Below are positions 16,101-27,250 of a DNA stretch of 64,000 nucleotides, piece after piece. Made by a program: the position numbers and the translations under genes. The number at the start of each line of letters is the position of its first letter. Position 1 is the first letter of the stretch. The stretch is from contig JAAILG010000533.1 in assembly GCA_012026655.1 (NCBI GenBank), positions 1 through 64,000 on the forward strand, read 5' to 3'. A model generated the notes under the pieces. The model did no database searches. It was not told the DNA's origin and saw only the letters and a list, made by a program, of their open reading frames with translations. Origin of the DNA: Hydrolagus affinis. Lineage: Eukaryota.

Positions 16101-19100
16101 GAAATTACAATAAATATTTCAAAATATTTCACATAATCTGTTTGTGCATTATAGCTAATTTGTTTCTGCAATTTATCTGTAGTTCAGTTATTGGATCTAT
16201 TATTGTCTTGAATAAAAATGAGGAAGACTAGAAAAGGTTTTAAAAATTGGAAACTGAAGACACATTAGATGGCACGATATTTCTTGTATTTTATTCACCT
16301 ACACATGTTGCAAATTTATACACAGGAAACTCTACCATTAAGAACATGAAATGCTATTGATATTAGTGACAGAATATGGATAGAACGTATGTACAACCTA
16401 TCATATTCAGCAAGTGCATATTGAACAATAACACCTGGTTCTCAAATCTAGACATAGAATAAACATAATTAAGTACTTATATAACTAAATTATTTTATTT
16501 GTATACAGAAAGTCATGAAGATAGATTACTAAAGGTAAACAACTTACTTTTGCACTTGTAGTTTTACTGGAGTACAGACACAATGTTGAGATTTACGCAA
16601 AGACTTGATCTGTTTCCAGACTGTCAAAATATTTTTACTCAGAGTATGATCTTTTCCCCGTTCAACAGCCAGAAGTCTCCTCGTTTCTCTAAAATACATT
16701 CAAATCTTAGTGCAACAACTTATGTACAACTCTGATTCACAATAATTTACATATACAAAAGGTAATTAATGCCTGCGAAAAGGTAGCAAGGAATGCTGGT
16801 GGAGGCCAAGAAATTGAACGCATTTGAAAGCAGCTTAATGCTGTGATAGGAGGATGGTCGGATGAGTATGTTGGTGGGTTGAGATCAGATGGACCAAAAG
16901 GTCTTCTTCATCCAAATCAATCTTGTAACCTTGTGAAACTTCAGCAAATATAATGATGAGGTTACTATGACTGATATCTGCATACCTGATTTAGGGAGGG
17001 AAACAACATTTATATTGTTGCTCTTCTTTAACCCTCTACTACATATCAAGATGAATGTTTCTACATGTATTGCCCAATCTATTACTAAAGAAGGTTTGAT
17101 TACATAGTCAGCAAATGAAGACAGCATTTGATGTTGCTGTCAGACATCCTGTTAATTTTGGTAATTTCAAAGATTGTGAGATTTTACTAGTTAGAAAACA
17201 TATATAAGATGATCGCATTGTGAATTTGATTTTCCGCATTTGTCCACATCCACCATTAAACAGATGCTAACAGGGAAGGAATAATGGAATAAGTCCATCT
17301 CAAATGCAAACCACCATAAGCAGGAGACTGAAAACAAAGATAAAGAGATATTTGAAAACATACCTTATATGCTTCTTTAAATCTTCAATTTTATCAATAT
17401 TTATAGAATTGCTTTCCAAGTGACTTTCTAAATTCTTTATGGTATTTTCCAGTGTTTGAAGCTATCAAAAAATACCATTGTGGAAAGCATTGTAGATTGT
17501 TTCAAATCATTACATATATAGTTTTCAAACATATTCAATACGTCTTTGAGCTCATAGTGAAGGATGACAGGGTAATGCTGCGTTACAGAGGTGCTGCATT
17601 GTAAGAGGTGCCATTCTCCAGGTGAGATTTTAAACTGAAGTATGGTTCCATCGGTGGCCAGGCTTTCAGCCTCTCTGCCCCCACACTCTGGAACTCCATC
17701 CCGCAATCCCTTCACCTCGCTTCCTCCCTTTCCTTCTTCAAGGCCAGTCTCAAGAGCTTCCTCTTCGACCGTGCCTTCTGCTGCCCTCCTAACTCTCCTC
17801 CCTTTCCTGCACTCCTTCCCCCCCAACCCTTCCTCCCCCGCTCAGGTTCTGACCTAACTATTCAGTGCCTTGAGACGTCCTCCCGACGTGAAAGGCGCTC
17901 TATAAATGTAATTTTATTGTTGTTTCTAGACTTCCCCCAGAAACATTTCAAATTGTATAAATGAATGGTAAAAAGGTTTATTTTATAATTAAAATTATTC
18001 TCTATCCTCAAGTTATTTCAATGTTTCGCTTCTTAAACAGTCCGAAATGCGATAGCTTACTTTTTCTGTTAGGACTTCGGTGACATTTTGTTGTTGCCTG
18101 TGTTGATAATTGTCATAAAGCTGTGAAAGCCTAGCTGCCAGAACATGTTCCTTGCTAAATAAAGGATGGTGAGTAAAATGCAAACTTGAAATATCAATAT
18201 CCAATTGGTAAATATGAGTGTCTCTTAAATCTTTCATAATATGATGAGTCGACTCACTCTTGATAGCCTATAAAAGCAATAAATATTTTTAAAAACTTAA
18301 TAATTTTAAGTATGTATTTGCAACAGAAATTCGGTTCTTGTTTAAAGGAATAAGTTATTTTATATTAACTAAGGCAATCAATCAGCAGTAGCCAGTAATC
18401 TTGAAGTTATATATTCTAAAAGAAAGAAGATTTAAATTTGAACAGGATAAATACTTTAGATTGTGAATGCAAAACTAAGATTTAATTAATTATCCTGTTT
18501 GTATAAAGAGTAACGGATACGTACAACACACTCTGTTTGGTAGCCAAACTGAAAAGAGAGGACAGTTGAAGAGTGAAGTCTTCGGGTGAGTTAGGAAGAT
18601 GAGCAAAGAGGGAGCAAAACTGAAGGAGTTCCAGAGATTCGGAACACAGTAGCTGAAAGCAATAGAATAGGGGCAGCAATACTTGAGACGCTACCGTCCA
18701 CGCAGGGTAGCATCTCAGAGAGCTGAAAATTTGAACTTTTGAATTTGATTTTGAAAAATTCCAAACATGAAGAATTGCACTTTGTGACTTAGAATTGTAC
18801 TTCCTGAGCTTTCTGACAATATGGATTTCAATTAACTTAAAATATTTCATTTCAAAACTAAAACTTTATCCCAAAAATAAATTTTACTATAAACAAGTAT
18901 GTTGGTTGTATTATATTTTTCAAAGTATTATTTATTTTGTAAGGAACTGTAAAATTATAGCCTAAATAGCAGAAGTGAAGAGAATGATCACATACTTTCC
19001 TGTATATTGTCTCTAACTTTGGTTCAACATCTTCTGAAAGATACGATGTTGGCAGTTTGTAGTTCCAGAGTTTTTTAATTGGGTCTGGTAATGCAATCAT

Positions 19101-22100
19101 TTTCCCATCTTCTCCAAACCAGTCCTCTTTCTATCATAAACATATTGCAGATATACTGTAAAGTCTTTTCAATTCCTGCTATATCAGTAATCACAATACC
19201 TGTATTAAAGTACTAAATAAATATCTATTAGTTTAGCTGTAAACAGTGTAAGCGGTTACTTCTTTATTCCCACTTCTTTTAAAAGCAACCAGATTGTCAG
19301 CCTAGACCCCGAGTTCAAAATCCCAATGTGAAACTTTCATGTGGAGATTGTTATTTACAAATGGAATTAACAGTTATACAGCTATAGTGATTTTTTTTAC
19401 ATTTCATTTAGTTTTCCTTTTTTTTATATTGTTTTCTTATTTTAGGTCTATCTTTCATACTACAGACTCTTCCCAGAATCAGCTGGCTCATAGTGAACCA
19501 TCATTCTGTCAACAAGTGTTAAGTCATTCTGTCAATTCAAATCCAACAAAAGGTGGTAAAATAGCAGGCTGATTTGCATAACAATTTTCTTGCTTTTGCT
19601 TGTTGTCTTGCTTAATAATAAATAATAGTCCTTGCATTTGATTTAGCCCTTTTCAAGTCTTCTAGACGTCTCTAGTGTTTCACAGAATATACTGCAAAGT
19701 GAATTGACAGAATATTTTCGGGGGAAACACGACAGCCAATTGTGCACAGCAGTGTCCCACAAACAGTCATAGATTGAAATGATCAATTTTTTTTTGAGAG
19801 ATTATTATTAGGCGTGTGGAGTGAGGAATCTTGCTCAAGGTTTCGCCCTGCCCAGGTCTTTTGCTTGCAAGATAAGTGCTCTAACCACTGAGCTCCAGGA
19901 CTCCACTTCCTCCGAAACCCACAGAATGCTATACTTGTTTATATACTTCCAAACTTTGTATATTCACAGAGAATACCAAATCAGTTTATAGTTGTAAAAT
20001 TACCTCTGTTTGCATAAGAAGGCGATTCTCCATTTTGTTTGAATTTTTCTTCAACGCATAAGGTTTGCGATGGATATGGAAGCCTTCCTCCTCTAAATAA
20101 CGGGGTTCCACATTTTCTGGCAGTTTACTAGTTGAAGGCACTAAGAACATAAATGGTTTTGATATACAGTATCCGCCAAATTTGTGGAAAACCCTTAAAA
20201 AAAACTTTAGAAAGTAAAACACCAGCACTGCAGTAAATGCTTTTTTTTAATGATTTCCTGTAGTGACAATCATTGGTGGGTTATTATAATAAAATATAAC
20301 AATTGTACTTTATCAATAACACTGCACAAATCAATTTTATAATCTAGTTATATTACCTGGTGACATTCTGGGATTGCAAAGATTTTGTGGTTTCTTTTCC
20401 CTCTCTTTTCTCGATTCATATTCAGCAGGTACCCTTTCTAATATATCAGCAAGGAAATAGTCACTCAAGTATAAATCAAGTTGGCTTTCACTCTCTGATA
20501 TAACACCAGTTACTTGGGTGGGCTTTTCCAGCTCTTCCTAAACAGGAATACATAAATATTTGCTAAATCAAATCTGCTATCCAGTAAATGAAGTCATTAC
20601 CTTTTCTTTATTAATGCTAAAATAGTAAAGGAGAAATATCAAACTGAATTGTGAAAAAAACATTAAAAAAAAATAAGAATTGAATCTACTGAGGACCACT
20701 TTGGATTTAAATATACCTGCCCCCCCCCCCCCCACCCCCCATGTGGTACACATGAACAACATGTCTCAGAGTACATACAGCGTTTGTGTCTCACTTACAC
20801 TGTATTCTATTTTGTTCTTGTTGATAATTGGTGTCAAAAGTGGAATAGGCATCTGTGAATTATCAGCAAAATAGTGAGCACAAAGGTTTATCAAAATGAT
20901 CCATGTTAAAATTATTCTCTGTGGATATTGTTGAATTTTATTTAATGCAACTTCTGGTGCATTTATCTGTAATGCAGCTTCTGGTGCATTTATTTAATGC
21001 AGCTTCTGGTGCATTTCAGGGACTCGAACCCTCGAACCTTTTTTTTTATTATGACTTCAGGCGTATTTTGCTTTCGCTTTTTCTCTTGTTTGAGATGTTT
21101 TTTTTTAAATTTCCAAATTGAATTAGAATTTTTTTTTCAAAATTTATAATGGCAGTGTCGCAAACACCAAGAGAAGATCAGAGTGGGTTCTCTTTTGAGA
21201 GTGAACAATTTCAGTGTAAGCAAATATGCTCACCTCTTCCCTGGATGTGGTGAAATTGTTCACTATAACCCCGTTCTCCGCCGTCCGTCCCCTGGTGCCT
21301 ACGAGCATGCCATCTCGGTGGGACCAACAAATGTTGAATTTTGTACAAGAGACACTGTTTCCACACTGGAGGAGTTTGCCATTACTAGATAATATGTCGG
21401 TGCTACAGTTCTGGTAGAGCAATCGGGGAAAGTAAATTCAGACCAGTTAAATGGTCACAAGGTCAAAAATCATGAACACTAAAAGTACCTTGTCTTGTTT
21501 TCCCATTCTTTGTGAAGTGATACTTCTAGCTGTTTCCAATCCAATAACATGATCATCAGATATCTCATTTAATTGTGTCATTTGGTCTGGTATTCCTGAA
21601 TCAGATGCATCTTCAAAAGTTGCATTAAAAAATGTAGATCCTTCTTCGTCGAGCTCAGTATCATTCTGAAATTTAGGATAGTATACTAAAACAAATGTGG
21701 AACTTGTTTATTTCAAACATAATACTGTACATAAAGCTAGACTGCCCAGTTTTAAATGTATCGCTACCATTCTCCAAACGAAGGTGTATTTTGTGCCGTG
21801 GCATTTTCTTTGCATTCGATATAGCACCTACAATGTCCAAACATCTTGAAAACACTTGACAGCACAAACATCCATGAAGTGAATCACCAGTTAATCAGAT
21901 AGTTGACCAAGGAGACAAGCTCTTGGAATCCTGAAGATTCTACTGAACTCAGAAGTATACCATTCACCATATAAACTGAATGACCAATGCAACATATTTT
22001 GGTAAACTATATAATATATAGAGCCCCTTCCAAAGGTTAATGTGACATTGTTCGTTAAGCCTAGCTGCCAGAACATGTTCTTTGGTAAATAAAGGATGGT

Positions 22101-24235
22101 GAGTAAAATGCAAACTTGAAATATCAATATCCAATTGGTAATCCAATTAAGAATTTTGTTTAAACTTACTGTCCTGTCAGATCTTTTCACTGTGCCTTTA
22201 CCACCAAGGGCCTGTATAGTCTGTGTAGATGTTATTGATTCGTGCACAGTGAATGAACTTGCAACCCCTGCCTGTAGAAACAGTACACATCACAACATAT
22301 AATTTCTCTAAGAAGTACACTGTTGAGTATTCTAACAAACACTATCGTGATATTATTCTCACCTTTACTGCTTTCAGCTTATCTCTCACTCTGTCTCGTA
22401 TCATATCAGCTAGACGATTTTCATTTCCACCTGGATCTGTTGGTAAGAATATCCAAACCAGCCAGTATATTTATTGTAACATTTGTAATGTGCAATTTAG
22501 CTAGTCAAAGCAAGTGAAACAATTTAAAACCACACATAGTTAATATGTGAGCTAAAGTAGAAGACATACGTTCCTGTATGTTTGAATCATTGTATCCTTC
22601 AATCTGTTCAACTGGTCTACGTTCAGACTCTTCAGCAAACTAAAATCAAATCAAACATTAAAATTACAGTCAAATTTAATGCAAAAAACAACAACTTGCA
22701 CTTATATATAATAGCACCACCACACCTGGTAGCATCTCATAGCACTTAACAGTGGCTGAGCTGGGTGGGGGGAAGGGGGGTTGGTGAGTTGGGGGGAGGT
22801 GGCTGTAAACATGGTCAAAGAAGATTTTCAGGCATGATTTAAAAAGGGGGAGGGTGGGGGGCACGGGGGCAAATATAGCAAAAATTGTAGTTTCACATTC
22901 ATAAGAAACAGTTCAGAAATTTGCCCACAGCAAATTGATTGTGTTAGAATGAGCAGAACGAACATCCTAATCAAATACAGTTTACAATGTTATCATTGTC
23001 ATCACACAACAGAAAGTCATGATATACCCTTTTCCTAATATTTTCTCTTCTGGATGAAATCCTTCTTCTTAGATGTTCTTCTTGAGCCTCCTCATCCTGC
23101 GAAAGCAATTTTTTAAGAAATTAAAATGATGGTAAGACTGCATATAGAAGGTAATTAATGACCTGGAATACATTACCAGTAAGGGTGGATATGGCCAGGA
23201 TAGTGAACTAAGTTAAATAACAGCTTGATGTTGTTATGGGAAAACAGTAGAGTGGATATTCTGGAGGACAAGCTCAAATGGACTGAAGGGCCTTCGTCAT
23301 CTAAACCTCTCTTGTAATCATATAATTTGAGTAGTCTTATTTCAAATATGGAGTTTGCACCATACCTTGTTCTAGATAACGAGCTAATTCACAGCATAAC
23401 CACAGCTTTCACCATTCACTCAGCTCACTAAAGCGAATGCTTTCCAGCACCTTTTGTATCAGACCTCAAAGTTCCTGTTTGATAAATATTGACCTTCAGT
23501 ATGTTGGAATAGCTCACAATGTGCCATGTACCAGGGTTGTTTTTCAGCACCTTGGGATATCCTCTCAACATGAAAGACACTTTACAAATGTAATGTTGTT
23601 GTTGACACAAACTGCACAACCTTGTGTAAGGGGCTTTGACAAAGGCATCTTGCTGTAAATCCAACACTGCATCTAGAATGCAGAATAAGAATAATAATCC
23701 TTGCATTTGATGTAGTGTCTTATCACATCATTGAGATATTTCAAAGCACTTGCCAGAATATATTGCACAGTACTTGTATCCTGGGAAGGGGGCAAAACAC
23801 AGCAGATAGTTGAGAACACCAAATATACCAAAGCAAGCAAGAAATCAACCTCCATGCAAATATTTTATGTATTAAGATTTATAAAATATTGTACAAAATA
23901 TTTAATACATACCGATGTTGCATACTTGGGTATAATTTTACTTTGGCTGTCTTCAGATTTGGTTTCTGCAGGATCCTTTCTCCTTAAGAACAAAGCAAAA
24001 AGCTATCAACATGAGAAAATAACAAATGAATAAGAATGACAGATACTCAATATATCAGTTGCACATTTAAATGTTGTTAAGCTAGTAAACAACATAGTGT
24101 AAATGGAAACAAAGAGCATAACATTATATGCTTGAAAGATCAACAATGCAAATGTTATTGGTACAAAATACAAACAGTTGGTACAAAAAAGCAACGATTT
24201 TATCAAAACTTTAAGGAAAATACTTACTGTGACAT
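1194..24235 (-). CDS. CC2D2B: Coiled-coil and C2 domain-containing protein 2B (CC2D2A/MKS6 paralog); multi-exon, 3' end runs off the window start
   Basis: Phase-consistent GT-AG exons, 5'->3': 24235-24228 (putative ATG, uncertain), 23982-23913, 23096-23028, 22639-22570, 22436-22363, 22211(or 22220)-22170, 21665-21489, 20537-20357, 20140-20004, 19130-18996, 18267-18061, 17461-17364, 16688-16548, 15880-15733, 14852-14635, 13344-13167, 11582-11429, 10757-10610, 9862-9724, 9526-9323, 8923-8831, 7767-7673, 6393-6226, 5571-5481, 5118-5009, 4472-4376, 4013-3918, 3805-3641, 2906-2703, 2427-2338, 1722-1609, 1328-1194. About 1352 codons with no stop. CC2D2-family peptides: [88 protein letters not shown]. 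Divergence from CC2D2A and proximity to BTAF1 favour 2B. Confidence 0.88.
3133..3520 (+). mobile_element. L2-clade LINE 3' fragment
   Basis: C-rich 3' region ending GCACTTTGGGACGTCCTCCTGAAGTGAAAGGCGCT..(TTG)n. The same tail recurs many times in the window. Confidence 0.7.
6487..6728 (+). mobile_element. tRNA-derived SINE, 5'-truncated
   Basis: Family core GGGCGAAACC..GGCAAGTTT..CTCCA and tail GTGAAGCACTTTGAGACGTCTAGAAGATGTGAAAAGCGCTAT..AAATGCAAGG(TTA)n. Confidence 0.8.
6893..7239 (-). mobile_element. tRNA-derived SINE, near full length
   Basis: Reverse complement of the same family, from the GGAGTCCTG head to the CAAATGCAAG tail. Confidence 0.75.
8141..8408 (+). mobile_element. CR1 LINE 3' end
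   Basis: ..TTCTTCACACAGAGGGT..TGGAATTCTCTACCCCAGAAGGCTGTGGATGCT..GGCTCGAGGGGCTGAATG..CTCCTGCTCCTATTTCTTAT; close sister copy at 57640-58020. Confidence 0.8.
10217..10460 (+). mobile_element. tRNA-derived SINE
   Basis: Same core and tail as the other copies. Confidence 0.78.
12110..12900 (-). mobile_element. L2/CR1-group LINE reverse-transcriptase fragment, frameshifted
   Basis: ORF 12302-12610 encodes [38 protein letters not shown] (RT motifs including YADD); neighbouring frames are disrupted. Confidence 0.9.
14127..14342 (+). mobile_element. L2 LINE 3' fragment
   Basis: CTCAAGACCCTCCTCTTC..GGACGTCCTCCTGACGTGAAAGGTGCTATA..(TTG)n. Confidence 0.7.
17650..17923 (+). mobile_element. L2 LINE 3' fragment
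   Basis: Same family as 3133-3520; ends GACGTCCTCCCGACGTGAAAGGCGCTCTATAAATG. Confidence 0.72.
19620..19904 (-). mobile_element. tRNA-derived SINE, full length
   Basis: Reverse head GGAGTCCTGGAGCTCAGTGGTTAGAGCACTTATCTTGCAAG (Pol III A box) plus family tail. Confidence 0.8.
20938..21016. repeat. Short tandem repeat, about 3 units of 25-27 bp
   Basis: TAATGCA(A/G)CTTCTGGTGCATTT occurs three times. Confidence 0.85.
22057..22141 (-). repeat. Intronic duplicate of part of CC2D2B exon 18267-18061
   Basis: 85 bp matching 18127-18211 at 83 of 85 positions. Confidence 0.92.
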
Positions 24236-24978
24236 AATGTTGAGCCTGGTGTACAGTTCATACAGAGAATAATATGGTAGTACTATACCACATTTGGTCT
24301 GGTCTTGCTGCAAAATAGTATTTGCTGGATTATAGTTAAACAAAACATTAGCAAAATCGAAATTTCTAATCAAACAGTCTAACTTAAAATGTATTCACAA
24401 TTGCCTGTTATTGTCTCCTCAACTCATTGTAATTGGATTATTTTCCCATCATAATCATATAATAATGCTAAGAAACATTTCCAGAGACCTCACACACTTG
24501 ACTTCTCCTCCCCTTCCAGTGTAATAGATTAATAGAAAATCTTCTTGGTTAAATAATGCAAACAAATACATATTTTCATAATACAGACATATCTCCAAAG
24601 TTGGTACTGTTCTGAAAGCGGAGTTAGGAATATACGAAAACTGTTGACCAGTCTTTTCTGTTCTCCAAAGAATTATCTGATAACTGATCAACAATTATTA
24701 CATTTGATTTCCCTGAAGTGCAAGAAAATACTGTGATTATATTCATATACCATATACAGTATTATGTGTTTATAAAATATGATTGTATTTATACAAGTAG
24801 TACACTGTGATTGTGTTGGGGAATTGTTGCCACTGGAAGTAACTCTATCCATTTCAAAACAGCCATGAGATTTTGATTTCCACCTGAACAAGCAGTTAGG
24901 GTCGTGATCTGTTTCAAATCTCATAAGAATGGGTAAGGATACTGTGTTTGGTTGCCATTCATAGTTAGTTACTATGAA

Positions 24979-25212
24979 ACAATCCCTCCGCCTTGTTTCT
25001 TCCCTTTGCTCTTTCAAGGCCGGTTTGAAGACTTTCCTCTTCGACCGTGCCTTTTGTTCCACCCCGAATTTTTCGACCTCCCCTATGTGTTTCACCCCTT
25101 CCCGAACACTCCCCTCCCAGCTCGGGTCACACGCCTCCTGTGCAGCGCCTTGGGACATCCTCCCGACGTGAAAGGCGCTTTATAAGTGTAATTTGTTGTT
25201 TGTTGTTGTTGT
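24979..25212 (+). mobile_element. L2 LINE 3' fragment
   Basis: Family tail GCGCCTTGGGACATCCTCCCGACGTGAAAGGCGCT..(TTG)n. Confidence 0.7.
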
Positions 25213-25422
25213 TACACCTTACCTTTGGGGTTGCAAGTTGGAGATTTAAGTCGTCATCATATTCTAGCAACCAACATAATAATTATATATAATAATTCTT
25301 ACATAGCTTATCACATCTTCTGGACATCTCAAAGCGCACAGAATATACTGCAAAGTGATTATATTTTTTCGTGGGCGAAATGCAGCAGCCGATGGCGCAG
25401 AATGGTGTCTGCAATTCACTTT

Positions 25423-25762
25423 GGAATTCCTGTGGCTCAGTGGTTAGAGCACTTGTCTTGCAAGCTGGGGAGAACAAGCTGGGGAGACCTGTGTTCAAAT
25501 CCAGGGAGGTCAGGACAAAACCTTGGGCAAGTTTCCTTATTCCACATGCCTATTAATAATCCCTCCCAAAAAAATATAATAATAATATTGGTCATTTCAA
25601 TCTACGACTGTTTGTGGAACTCTGCTGTGCACAATTGCCTGCCGCGATTCGCCCACAAATATATAGTCAATTCACTTTACAGTATATTCTGTGAAGCGCT
25701 TTGGGACGTCAATAAGATGTGAAAAGCGCTATATCAAATGCAAGGATTATTTATTATTATTA
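25423..25762 (+). mobile_element. tRNA-derived SINE, full length
   Basis: A box TGGCTCAGTGGTTAGAGC, B box GTTCAAATCC, then family core and (TTA)n tail. Confidence 0.85.
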
Positions 25763-25907
25763 TACAAACAGCCGTGGATTGAAGTGACTAAATTATCGTT
25801 GTTGATTTTTTTTAAAAAGGGATACAATTGTGTTGTGCCTGCCCTACAGATGGCTAATATGTAATACAAGGAAGTTAACAGGTTTGGAGATTAGAGGGTT
25901 AGTAGGT

Positions 25908-26390
25908 TTGGAGTCCTGGAGCATTCACCTTGCAAGAGAGACCTGGGTTCGATTCCAAGCAGGTTAGGGCGAAACTTTGGGCAAGTTTCTTTACTCCACA
26001 CGACCGATAATAATAATCCCTCAAGACAAAAAACAAGAAATAATAAATTGTTCGTTTCAATTCACGACCATCGAAGCGCTCCAAGACGCCGTCCGGCGTG
26101 GAGGACGCTATAAAAATCAAAGTTGTTGTGGCTATTGTTTGCGGCACACCGCTGTGCGCCACCGGCTGCCTCATTTCGTCCGCAAAACATACCGTCAATT
26201 CGCTTTACGGTATACTCTGTGAAGCGCTTTGAGACGTCGGTAAGATGTAAAAAGCACGGTATCAGATGCAAGGACTATTATTATTATGATTATCATTAGG
26301 AGTGTGGAGTAAGGAAACTTTCAAGAAGTCTAGAAGGCGTGAAAAGCGCTGTATCGAATGCAAGGATTTTTGTTGTCATTATTATTGTTA
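25908..26390 (+). mobile_element. tRNA-derived SINE plus a second partial copy
   Basis: B box GGTTCGATTCC and family core, tail at about 26285; second tail at 26320-26390. Confidence 0.78.
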
Positions 26391-26399
26391 TTTATATCA

Positions 26400-27250
26400 A
26401 TAGTATAAAACACCGAGCTGACCCTGAGGGTGGGGGCGGTAAGGAAGGAGCTCCTGCCCTCCCTGAAGGCGGTTGAGTTTGGTTCCTCCTCTTGTTTTTG
26501 AACAGACAATGCTTCGCTCTGTTAGCGTCACGCTCCTGAGCATGCGCGCTAACATGTTCTGGAAATTTCCCTGGCTGTTCAGAGGCGCTCGTGCAGGGAA
26601 TATAGGACAGACGCACAGGGAGAGAGAGACACAAGATAGACAGAGAGACACACAGGGCAGCGAGAACTGCTAATAAATAACTCTAGCAATTATAATTCAA
26701 AGAAAGAAAAGGACTGGAGAGAGACAGAGAGGGGTGAGGGTGGGGGAGAGATGAGAGGGAAGGTTTCTTTCAACTGATTCCAAAAGAAAATGCAATCTGG
26801 TAATTAAAAGACAACCACCACCTTACTTCCGGAATGATCTTTGGAGTCTAAACGCTGTTCACTGAGCCGATGTTTTGTGTGAGAGGATCAAGGCCTAGTC
26901 TGGTGGCTGAACATAACCGGAGTTAAATCGTTTAAACAGCGCGATTTTTTTCCCCCCCTCTCTCTTTATCTTATTTGCTGCGGTGACTTACTTGTATCAG
27001 CGGTCCCCTTCTTAAAACCATGGTGAAGAAGAATACTGTCCCCGATGGGTAAGTATGATGAGTCTTGACGATTTAGACGGATTTAGTTTACAGAAGTAAA
27101 AATATTAGGTGAGTCCAGGGCCTGAAATATCTACCAACAACAGGGTAAGTAACGAGCGTCGCCATGTTAACGCGGTGATTAAACAATGATTTGGTAAGTA
27201 AACGAAACCCCTTCACCATTGTAAGTATCGACGTTAGTAGGAGTTTCGCA
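26400..27250. promoter_or_regulatory. CpG-rich shared (bidirectional or overlapping) promoter region of CC2D2B and the DUSP11-like gene
   Basis: Local CpG enrichment; NRF1-like GCATGCGCGC near 26540; ETS-like ACTTCCGG at 26825; X-box-like GTCGCCATGTTAAC at 27158-27171; minus-strand donor-like sites at 26826 and 26991; plus-strand ATG at 27020. Confidence 0.6.

Noticed and set aside
21149-21160. ATGGCAGTGTCG resembling the BTAF1 start (MAVS)
   Set aside because: Similarity ends after 12 nt; chance match.
23366-23474. Exon-like segment on the minus strand within CC2D2B
   Set aside because: It has stops in all three frames, and the flanking exons join in phase without it.
25423-25505. tRNA-like sequences with A and B boxes (also 33076, 19850-19904, 61410-61477)
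   Set aside because: These are SINE heads, continuous with the SINE body where it is preserved; none forms a complete cloverleaf.
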